32,342 nucleotides of DNA from Candidatus Competibacter sp. (GTDB taxonomy: Bacteria > Pseudomonadota > Gammaproteobacteria > Competibacterales > Competibacteraceae), in assembly GCA_031732875.1 (NCBI GenBank), contig JAVMKL010000101.1, forward strand, positions 1-32,342, written 5' to 3'. The position numbers and the translations under genes were made by a program. Below, piece after piece: positions 18,534 to 25,852 of this stretch (positions within the stretch are counted from its first letter, which is position 1; the number at the start of each line of letters is the position of its first letter). The notes below the pieces were generated by a model. That model saw only the letters and a program-made list of their open reading frames with translations. It was not told the DNA's origin and made no database searches.

Positions 18534-20360
18534 TTACAACGGCAGCAGCAACGGCACCACCAGCAGGGTGATGGCCATTACCACCAGGATCAGCGGCAGC
18601 CCCACCCGCACGAAGTCGTTGAACCGGTAGCCGCCCGGGGCCAGCACCAGGGTGTTGACCGGCGAGGACACCGGGGTGGCGAAGGCCGCCGAGGCCGCCA
18701 CCGCCACGGTCATGGCGAAGGGGTAGGGCGAGACGCCGATCTTCTGGGCGGCGGCGATGGCGACCGGCGCCATCAGCACCGCCGTGGCGGTGTTGGAAAT
18801 GAACATGCCGACCAGCGCTGCCAGCAGGAAAATCCCGGCCAGCAGCGCCAGGGGGCCGAATCCGCCGAGTGCGGCCGCCAGCCCGTCGGCGATCAGGGTC
18901 ACGCCGCCGGTTTGTTCCAGCGCCCTGGCCAGCGGCAACATGCCGGCGATCACCACCAGGCTGGGCCAATTGATCGACCGGTAGGCATCCTCCAGCCGCA
19001 GGCAGCGGAACAGGCCCATGGCCAGCGCCGCCAGCAGCGCCGCCGCAGTGTTGGGGACCAGGCCGAAGGTCATCGCGACCACCATCGCCAGCAGGACCAG
19101 CAGCGCGAACGGCGCCCGCCGGTAGGCCGGGGCCACCTCACCGAATTCCGCCGGCAGGCCCAGCACCAGGAAATGCCGGCGGTCGCCCTGGAGCCGGCCG
19201 ATCTGTTTCCAGGAACCGGCGACCAGCAGCACGTCGCCGAAGGCCAGCTTTTCCTCGATCAGGTTGCCCGGCAGCGAGCGACCGCGGCGGCGGATGCCCA
19301 GTACGCTCAGGCCGTGGCGGCTGCGGAACGCCGCCTGGCGCAGGGTCTGGCCGACCAGTTCCGAATCCGGCGGCAGCAGCACCTCGACCATGCCCAGTTC
19401 CTTGACCAGATTGCGCTGCCGGCCTTCCTCGATCGGCAACGGGGTCAGCCGTTCGGCCGCGCCGAGGGTCTCCACCGCCTGGGTCGAACCGACCAGGTAG
19501 ACGACATCGGCGGGGCGCAGATCGGTGGTGGCCAGCGCCGGAACCACCTTGTCGCCGAACGGCCGCTGGCGCTCGACCCCGGCGATGGTGACACCGTAAC
19601 GGCTGCGGAGCGCAGCTTCCGCCACGGTCCGGCCGGCCAGGGACGAATCCGGCTCGACCCGCAGCCGGTGCAACTGGCCAAGCAGGTCGTAGCTTTCGCC
19701 CAGTTCCCGCAACGTCTGCCGGCGGCCCGCGGTTCCCGTCGGCGGCGGACTGGCCGGCAGCAGTCGGGAACCGACGGCCCACATGTAGGCAATTCCCAAC
19801 CCCAGCGCCAGCAGACCGATGGGGGTGATGCTCAAAAAGCCGAAGGGTTGCAGGCCGGCGGTGCGCAGGGCGTCGTTCACCATCAGGTTGGGCGGGGTGG
19901 CGATCAGGGTCAACATCCCGCTGAGCAGGGCGGCAAAAGCCAGCGGCATCATCAGCCGGCCCGGACCGATGCCGAGCCGGTTGATGATGCCCAGCACCAC
20001 CGGGATGAAGATCGCCACCACCCCGGTGGAACTCATGAACGCGCCCAGCCCAGCCACCGCCAGCATCAGCAGCACCAGCAACCGGGTTTCGCTGGCGCCG
20101 GCCACCCGGGTCAGCCAGTTGCCGACCTGGTTGGCGACGCCGGTTCGCACCAGACCCTCGCCGACTACGAACAACGCGGCGATCAGGACCACGATGGAAT
20201 CGCCGAAGCCGGCCACCGCCTCAGCCACCGGCAGGATGCCGCCCAGGATCAGGGCCACGATCACCAGCAGGGCCACCACGTCCGGCCGCAGCCGGTCGGT
20301 GGCGAACAGCACGACGGCGGCGGCCAGCACGCCGAAAACGAATAGAGCATCGGGAGTCAT
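18534..20360 (-). CDS. SLC13/DASS-family permease with tandem cytoplasmic TrkA-C (RCK_C) domains
   Basis: N- and C-terminal transporter repeats flank two TrkA-C-like segments (RVEPDSSLAGRTVAEAALRSRYGVTIAGV / LLPPDSELVGQTLRQAAFRSRHGLSVLGI). Start MTPDALFVF at 20360 has a GAGGTGA SD. Confidence 0.85.
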   Translation of the reverse strand: MTPDALFVFGVLAAAVVLFATDRLRPDVVALLVIVALILGGILPVAEAVAGFGDSIVVLIAALFVVGEGLVRTGVANQVGNWLTRVAGASETRLLVLLMLAVAGLGAFMSSTGVVAIFIPVVLGIINRLGIGPGRLMMPLAFAALLSGMLTLIATPPNLMVNDALRTAGLQPFGFLSITPIGLLALGLGIAYMWAVGSRLLPASPPPTGTAGRRQTLRELGESYDLLGQLHRLRVEPDSSLAGRTVAEAALRSRYGVTIAGVERQRPFGDKVVPALATTDLRPADVVYLVGSTQAVETLGAAERLTPLPIEEGRQRNLVKELGMVEVLLPPDSELVGQTLRQAAFRSRHGLSVLGIRRRGRSLPGNLIEEKLAFGDVLLVAGSWKQIGRLQGDRRHFLVLGLPAEFGEVAPAYRRAPFALLVLLAMVVAMTFGLVPNTAAALLAALAMGLFRCLRLEDAYRSINWPSLVVIAGMLPLARALEQTGGVTLIADGLAAALGGFGPLALLAGIFLLAALVGMFISNTATAVLMAPVAIAAAQKIGVSPYPFAMTVAVAASAAFATPVSSPVNTLVLAPGGYRFNDFVRVGLPLILVVMAITLLVVPLLLPL

Positions 20361-20367
20361 GAACGCT

Positions 20368-22329
20368 TCACCTCGGCCAGCCATCGCTGGAGTGTCGCCA
20401 ATCTTCAGGGCCACCGGCAAAACCGCCGGCGAGTTGCCGGTTCAGGGCGAGCAGCCGCCGCAAAATTTCAGCGTCTGGCATGGCCGGCTGGTAGTCGTCC
20501 CAACCATACGCCGCCGCCACGGCCGCATCCAGTTGCCGATGGGCCTGATCCAGCCAGGCCGGACGGGCGTTGTAGAGATTGGTCAAGGTGCGCCGGTTCA
20601 GTTCGGCGGCGAATTCCGGTTTGGGAAGCAGTCGGTCGGGATAGCCGGGAACGATTTCGGGAACCCGCTCCACCCATTCCGGCGGATTGAGCCAGTTTTG
20701 CCGCAGCGCGTTCAAGCGGCGCGCGGCTTCGGCGATGGCGGGGAACTGAGGCCCCTCGCCCGCTTGCGGGAGAGGGGTTGGGGTGAGGGCGTTTCGATTC
20801 GGCTGCAAACCAGGGGGAAACGGAAACGTCTCGAAGCAGGTGGCGGCGTTGTAGGTCGGGTCATTTCCAACGCCGTGCCGGCTGGCGTTGGCCAGCGCCC
20901 AGACTTCGTGAATGCGGGAATGCAGAATGCCGCAGGTCGCGTCGTCGTCGCGGGCGATCACGTACAGGCGGCTGTCGGGCAGCACGGCCGAATACAGCCA
21001 GACAAACAGCCGGTGCTTGGCGACGCGGGGCGTGGCGATGTAGCGCGGGACCCGAGCCAGCGCCTTCCGCATACCCGGCATGACCTCGCCATGCCGCCAC
21101 CAATATCTGGCGCGCAACGCCCGCCGGTTCCGTTCCCGTTCCGGCTTCACATGGGCCAGCACATAGGCGAACGGCGCTTCGTACAGCGCTGCCTCGGCCT
21201 CGGACAGTTCGCCGCCGAAGTCGATGATCCAGGTATCGGACGGGCGGCGGGTGATATCCATGCCGTTGGCCCAGGGGCGCAGGACATCACCGTTCGGCCT
21301 GCCGTGAGGGTTGGGTTGTTGAAGCCACTGGCGGGCCAGTTCGCCGGGAATGTCGAAAGCGCCGACTTTGACCGGCCCCTGAAAGCAGGTAGCTATGTTT
21401 TCGCGGAGCCTCACGGCCCTGGTTAAATCGGTTTCACCGGCGGTCAGGTCGGCGTTGACGGTGGCGACGGGGTGGCCGTCGAGTGAAATTCCCCCGGCTT
21501 CGCCACTCCCAAAACATACCAGCGACACCCGCACCGCCGCGCCGTCGTTGATCCAGGGTTCGTCCGACCAGGCGTTGAAGATGCGCGCCTTCACCTCCAG
21601 CCCCTGCGGAGGGAGGGGGGTATTGAGGATGCGTTCCAGCACGGTTCGATTGGCGCCCTTGCGGATGGCCTGCGTCGCCACCAGCCCGGCCCGTTGCGCC
21701 TTCCCCGCCTCAAGCTGCGCCCGCGCCTTCTCGAACCAGTAGCACACCAAATCCGCCCCGCCCGGCACCCGCCCGTCGTAATGGGCGACTTGGCGCGGAT
21801 CGTGGCCCCGCCGCTCCAGCGATCCGGCCAAGTCGGCGAACCGCCCCGCCGCCGCCAGGGTGATGTCGCGGTCGGTGCGGCGGGGGCGGAACTGCGCGGG
21901 GTGATCGAACACCGCGCGCAGCTTGGCGAGGTTCTCCGGCCGGCCGATCTCCTCCAGCCGGATGACGTGGGCTTCCGAGGGCGTGCCGGTGAAATGGGTG
22001 TGAATCTCGATGGTCCGCCGGTCGCAAACCACCAGCAGCGGCGGGTTGTCCAGGGCCAGGGCGTAGGTCATCAACTGCTTGAGCGCCTCGCCCAGATGGC
22101 CGCCCGGGGCCTTGTTCTCCCAGGCGAAACAGCCGCGCTTCCACACATCCGCCCAGCCACGCCCGGCCCCGGTGCGCGCCGCCCCGCGCTCGAAACAATA
22201 GTTCTCCGGGTCGCCGGGCTTGGCGACCCCCAGAATCTCGCAGAGATCGAGAAAGAACGGCTGAGCGCCGGCCCGCTCGCTCAGCGGATTGTCGCGCCAC
22301 AGGGCGATGAATTCAGCGGGAGTTCGCAA
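20368..22329 (-). CDS. MmeI-family (type IIL restriction-modification) homologue that retains the N-terminal PD-(D/E)xK nuclease domain and the C-terminal TRD/C-domain but lacks the methyltransferase catalytic core
   Basis: N-terminus aligns with MmeI (AQPFFLDLCEILGV ~ AKPFLIDFFEVFGI; GWADVWKRGCFAWENK...LLVVCDRRTIEIHT ~ GFVDLFWPGILLIEMK...YVLVCDFQRFRLT, with the D...ExK motif). The C-terminus also aligns (ARIFNAWSDEPW ~ AHRTFSWTNEAS; LTNLYNARPAWLDQAHRQLDAAVAAAYGW ~ LAGLYDPKTMPSELLKAHQKLDKAVDSVYGF). No FxGxG or NPPF/Y motifs are present, and the protein is ~270 aa shorter than MmeI. The only possible start is TTG 22329. Confidence 0.7.
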   Translation of the reverse strand: MRTPAEFIALWRDNPLSERAGAQPFFLDLCEILGVAKPGDPENYCFERGAARTGAGRGWADVWKRGCFAWENKAPGGHLGEALKQLMTYALALDNPPLLVVCDRRTIEIHTHFTGTPSEAHVIRLEEIGRPENLAKLRAVFDHPAQFRPRRTDRDITLAAAGRFADLAGSLERRGHDPRQVAHYDGRVPGGADLVCYWFEKARAQLEAGKAQRAGLVATQAIRKGANRTVLERILNTPLPPQGLEVKARIFNAWSDEPWINDGAAVRVSLVCFGSGEAGGISLDGHPVATVNADLTAGETDLTRAVRLRENIATCFQGPVKVGAFDIPGELARQWLQQPNPHGRPNGDVLRPWANGMDITRRPSDTWIIDFGGELSEAEAALYEAPFAYVLAHVKPERERNRRALRARYWWRHGEVMPGMRKALARVPRYIATPRVAKHRLFVWLYSAVLPDSRLYVIARDDDATCGILHSRIHEVWALANASRHGVGNDPTYNAATCFETFPFPPGLQPNRNALTPTPLPQAGEGPQFPAIAEAARRLNALRQNWLNPPEWVERVPEIVPGYPDRLLPKPEFAAELNRRTLTNLYNARPAWLDQAHRQLDAAVAAAYGWDDYQPAMPDAEILRRLLALNRQLAGGFAGGPEDWRHSSDGWPR

Positions 22330-22483
22330 GGCGGTTCACTGATCGGGTCGGGGATGGCGGCCATCGATGGCGATCATATCAAAACTGAGATTTCCGACGC
22401 GGCGAAGGTGGCTACAGGATGCGTTGGAGAAGACGGGGCCGGTCGTGCCGGTGGCGGAGCGGAAGAGGCCGGAGGAACCCGCT

Positions 22484-22825
22484 ATGCTTTCCAGCATGTC
22501 CGAGTTGAATGTGCCAGCGCCGCCGGTGTCTGATGCTTATGAAATCGCCAAGGCGGGCGGCAAGCATTCTAATTGGTACAAACAGCAGCTTGGTTTGCCT
22601 TCTTCGATATTGGAGCGCGCCATCAAGTCGTTCCAGTTGCTCGTTGGGAGGCATGAATCATGGATTCAAAATCCAACAGCAGAATATCCCGATTTCCATC
22701 AGTGGGATCCGCGGCGGCAACGAAATTTGATCGAACATCATTGGCCAGCGGACATAGCGCGTCATCGGGATTTCATTCGCATCCTCGAAGGAATTTTAAA
22801 GGAGCGCGGTTATGGCAACCAGTGA
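22484..22825 (+). CDS. Hypothetical protein (113 aa); first gene of an overlapping two-gene module; locally low GC
   Basis: GGAGGA SD lies 7 nt upstream of ATG 22484. The region is visibly AT-richer than its flanks. No family recognised. Confidence 0.45.
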   Translation: MLSSMSELNVPAPPVSDAYEIAKAGGKHSNWYKQQLGLPSSILERAIKSFQLLVGRHESWIQNPTAEYPDFHQWDPRRQRNLIEHHWPADIARHRDFIRILEGILKERGYGNQ

Positions 22826-23033
22826 TCGTTACGCGACTATTTTGATATCAGTATTGGAACTGGCCAAGCAAATCGGACAGGAACAGGCCGATGCCGATGC
22901 GGCGGAAGCGTGTTATCGGCTTTTGGAAGAGGCCGCCGCCCAAGCTGAAGTATGGGAAGTCCCGTTAGCCGAAATCGGTTTGGCCGGCTTCGATCCGGCT
23001 TCGCTGTTGAGCGCACCCCGCAAAGCCGCCTGA
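22812..23033 (+). CDS. Hypothetical protein (73 aa, acidic/helical); overlaps the upstream gene by 14 nt
   Basis: ATGGCAACCAGTGA overlap joins the two ORFs, which suggests translational coupling typical of toxin-antitoxin-like pairs. Confidence 0.4.
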   Translation: MATSDRYATILISVLELAKQIGQEQADADAAEACYRLLEEAAAQAEVWEVPLAEIGLAGFDPASLLSAPRKAA

Positions 23034-23049
23034 CCCGTCGCATCAATCT

Positions 23050-23077
23050 CTCCCGCATCGTCGATGACGAGCGGGAG
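23050..23077. terminator. 28-nt near-perfect nested palindrome (ctcccgc-a-tcgtc-gat-gacga-gcgggag) between convergent genes; possible bidirectional terminator or binding site
   Basis: The palindrome is read directly from the sequence. No U-tract follows, so it is not a canonical intrinsic terminator. Confidence 0.35.
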
Positions 23078-23111
23078 CGACGCCTTCATTCATTCCAGGC
23101 ACGTGATCGGC

Positions 23112-23951
23112 TCATGGTGGCGGAGGATTTACCCGCTCCTCCGCCCCCGCTTCGAGCCACCCCAGCACCTCGTCCCACCAGGCGGCGCGCGGATCCACCG
23201 GCCAACTGTTGTGGCCCGCGCCCGCGAAGACCCAGCGCCGCTTCGGTTCCCGCAGCGCGTCGTACAGGCGCTGGCTGTGGCGCGCCGGGATGATCTCGTC
23301 CCGTTCGGCCACCAGCACTGCGATCCTGCCGCCATACTGGTTCAGAGAGGCGATGTTGTCGTAGCGGTCGCGCAGCAGCCAGCGGGCCGGCAGATACCAG
23401 TACAGGGTTTGCGCCAGATCGGACAGACGATCCCACGGCGTGATCAGCACCACCCCGGCCACCGGCAGCGCGGAGTCGGTCGCCACGCCCGCCGCCACCG
23501 CCGCTCCCAGCGACTCGCCCCAGACCAGCAGGGGACCGCCGAACGCCGCCAGCGCCCGCCGGGCAGTCTCCCGACCATCGCTGATGAAGGAGTCTTCGCC
23601 CAGCTCACCACCCCGCCCGCCATAACCCGGATATTCCGCGAGCACCACGCGATAACCGCGGGCTTCCAGGGCCAGCCAATAATAAAACCGGTCGCGGGCG
23701 CCGCCAGCGTTGCCGTGAAACACGACCACCGTTCCCCGAACTGGCGAACCCTCACGCAGGCCCGCGCCGGCGTAGCCCCGAAATTCCGCGCCACCGGCCG
23801 GCCAGGGTTCGAGGGTCATCCCGCTCGCCAGACGCACGGTGGCGATAGCGGGCGGCGCGGGATCGGGAAAGTACAGCATGCGCCGCTGGACCACAAAGAC
23901 GAATCCGACCAGCAACAGGTAGCCGATCACGAGATACAGCAGGATCCGCAT
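23112..23951 (-). CDS. Alpha/beta-hydrolase fold protein with an N-terminal membrane anchor
   Basis: GESLG nucleophile elbow (GxSxG), and a His near the C-terminus (GAGHNSW). N-terminal helix MRILLYLVIGYLLLVGFVFVV. GGAGA SD lies 6 nt upstream of ATG 23951. Confidence 0.75.
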   Translation of the reverse strand: MRILLYLVIGYLLLVGFVFVVQRRMLYFPDPAPPAIATVRLASGMTLEPWPAGGAEFRGYAGAGLREGSPVRGTVVVFHGNAGGARDRFYYWLALEARGYRVVLAEYPGYGGRGGELGEDSFISDGRETARRALAAFGGPLLVWGESLGAAVAAGVATDSALPVAGVVLITPWDRLSDLAQTLYWYLPARWLLRDRYDNIASLNQYGGRIAVLVAERDEIIPARHSQRLYDALREPKRRWVFAGAGHNSWPVDPRAAWWDEVLGWLEAGAEERVNPPPP

Positions 23952-23985
23952 CGGATTTCTCCGTTGGCAACCATTCACCGCCCGG

Positions 23986-24885
23986 CTAATACGCCGAGTT
24001 CAGCAGGTTCGAGGGAGAGTACTGGTCGGTGAGGATGCGCGCTCCTGGATCCCAGTCGCGCTCGGTCGAAAACAGCGGCACGAGCCAGTCGCCGCCAAAA
24101 CCGAATGGTTTCAGCTTCTCCTCGAGCGAATCGGCGTTCCGCTTGATGATGTCGAGAGCGGGAAGTCCGTCCATTCTGGTCAGGACGATGCGATTTTTCA
24201 GCTTCAGCCTGAGATTGTAGAAGGTCCCGAACACGGATTCGTAGGTCGTCGATTCGTGGGGGTAAAGACGGCTGCTTGAGAACGTATTGGCCACCAGAAC
24301 TCCATCCGCCGTCAACAGGGTCTTGACTTCGAGCAGAAACTCCCGGGTCAGCAGATGTTCCGGAATGTACTCGTGATCGAAGGCATCCAACATGACCAGA
24401 TCGTATCGTTGACCGGACTTGCCCGCACGCTTCACGAAAACCCGCCCGTCCTCCTCGAAAACCCGGACCCGCTGGCTCGGGTTAAAGTCGAAGAATTGTT
24501 GGGCGACTCTGATCACCGCCGGATCGATTTCCACGACATCGATCTCGGCATCCGGAAACATCCCGGCCAGCGCCGTCGGCAAGACGCCTCCCCCCAGTCC
24601 GACGATCAGGACTTTCCTGGGATTGGGATTCAAATACAGCGCGCCCATCATCATCTTCGTATAGCTGAAGACGAACTGGTTCGGATCGTCCAGGGAGCGG
24701 CAGGTTTGCCGGGCGGTTTGATTGCGCCGGGTGAAACTCATGCATCGCTGGTCGTCCTCTTCGTAAACGACGATATTCCGGTAAAGCGACTTTTCGGTGT
24801 GAACGATGGTCATTGCGGCGGATGGCTGGGTCACGAGCGAAGCGACAAAAGCGATCAGCGTATTGAGCCTATTGGCTTGGCGCAT
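23986..24885 (-). CDS. Spermidine-synthase-like (polyamine aminopropyltransferase-fold) protein
   Basis: TEKSLYRNIVVYEED...VLIVGLGGGVLPT...YDLVMLDAFD motifs of the spermidine synthase family. Candidate starts are ATG 24885 (MRQANRL, a hydrophobic leader), ATG 24813 and TTG 24912. Confidence 0.7.
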   Translation of the reverse strand: MRQANRLNTLIAFVASLVTQPSAAMTIVHTEKSLYRNIVVYEEDDQRCMSFTRRNQTARQTCRSLDDPNQFVFSYTKMMMGALYLNPNPRKVLIVGLGGGVLPTALAGMFPDAEIDVVEIDPAVIRVAQQFFDFNPSQRVRVFEEDGRVFVKRAGKSGQRYDLVMLDAFDHEYIPEHLLTREFLLEVKTLLTADGVLVANTFSSSRLYPHESTTYESVFGTFYNLRLKLKNRIVLTRMDGLPALDIIKRNADSLEEKLKPFGFGGDWLVPLFSTERDWDPGARILTDQYSPSNLLNSAY

Positions 24886-25552
24886 CGGTGGAATTTCCGA
24901 ACAGGATGGCAAGAAAACCCAAAATCAGCGAAATGCCGATCAGGCCGGCCAGAATCTGGTCGATCTCGAAATAGAGAACGAGATAGAACGACGTCAGGAT
25001 GGTTCCCACCGCGCTGCCGAAAGTCGAGAAAAAATAAAGCAGCCCCGCCAACTGGCCGCTCCGCTGGGATTCGTTCACCAGCAGGCGGACGGCATAGGGT
25101 GATACCATTCCGGCTATGGTGGTCGGAACGAAGAAGAGCAGGGTGGCCGATATCAGGGAACCGTAACGGGGATCCTGAACCAGGTCGAAGATCCAGTCGA
25201 GGACTGGATTGCCCAGCAGAATCACCGGGATGGTGGTCAGCGCCCCGGCAATCGAGATGAACGCCAGCCGGCGCAAGGTCGGGTCATACAACGACAATCG
25301 GCCGCCCAGGAGATAGCCGACCGACAGCGCCAGCATGAAAACCGTGATCACCCCTCCCCAGACATAGATGCTGTTGCCAAAATTCGGCGCGAGAATGCGC
25401 CCGCTCAACAGTTCGATCGCCATCACGAAAAACCCGGACCATCCAGCGATCAACAAGACGAAAAGGCGGCGCAAAGTCGAGTCCTCGCAACGGTTCGGGC
25501 CGCGCGCGCCGGCATCGCCGACGGCTTGGCGAGATGCTGGTGAGACTATCAT
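24869..25552 (-). CDS. Polytopic membrane protein resembling the N-terminal transmembrane domain of fused membrane spermidine-synthase-like proteins
   Basis: Six or seven hydrophobic helices. It overlaps the downstream SpeE-like ORF by 17-44 nt in a different frame, so the pair may be one gene with a frameshift (see findings). Confidence 0.6.
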   Translation of the reverse strand: MIVSPASRQAVGDAGARGPNRCEDSTLRRLFVLLIAGWSGFFVMAIELLSGRILAPNFGNSIYVWGGVITVFMLALSVGYLLGGRLSLYDPTLRRLAFISIAGALTTIPVILLGNPVLDWIFDLVQDPRYGSLISATLLFFVPTTIAGMVSPYAVRLLVNESQRSGQLAGLLYFFSTFGSAVGTILTSFYLVLYFEIDQILAGLIGISLILGFLAILFGNSTDAPSQ

Positions 25553-25561
25553 GCAAAGTCG

Positions 25562-25588
25562 AAAAAAGCCCGGCCTTGCGGCCGGGCT
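25562..25588 (-). terminator. Rho-independent terminator (copy 1) belonging to the duplicated SPFH 3' segment
   Basis: On the minus strand: agcccggcc-gcaa-ggccgggct followed by tttttt. Confidence 0.7.
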
Positions 25589-25603
25589 CCGGTTTGACGG
25601 CGC

Positions 25604-25823
25604 TCAATGCGCCGGCAGGTCAATGCGCACCGTGTCGCGCAACACGCTATCCAGGCCGCCGAACACGGTCAGCCGTTCGACCTTATCCACGACCTTCTCC
25701 AGCGCTTCCAGTTCCTTGAGCCGCAGCAGCAGGGGGTTCTCTTCCATGAGCTTCGCCGTGTTGAGCAGCGAGCGGGTGGCGGCGATTTCCTCGCGGCGGC
25801 GAATGATGTTGGCCTGCGCCACC
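25604..25823 (-). pseudogene. Orphan 3' fragment of an SPFH/band-7 gene (encodes ...VAQANIIRRREEIAATRSLLNTAKLMEENPLLLRLKELEALEKVVDKVERLTVFGGLDSVLRDTVRIDLPAH*)
   Basis: Matches the last 73 aa of the intact gene at 29722..30870 with a few substitutions. The N-terminal codons of the track ORF come from the insertion. Confidence 0.8.
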
Positions 25824-25852
25824 CTCGCGGAAAAAATCCACAAATATGGAAT

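Larger units (their letters stand above)
25562..25823. repeat. Direct repeat copy 1 (262 bp; ~95% identical to 29680..29941): 3' end of the SPFH gene plus its terminator
   Basis: Base-by-base alignment with 29680..29941 shows about a dozen substitutions and no indels. Homology stops abruptly at 25823/25824 and 29941/29942. Confidence 0.8.

Noticed and set aside
18912-21426. Long plus-strand ORFs (18912..20345 and 19819..21426) opposite the SLC13 and MmeI-like genes
   Set aside because: Low-complexity His/Gln/Arg-rich translations, antisense to genes with clear homology.
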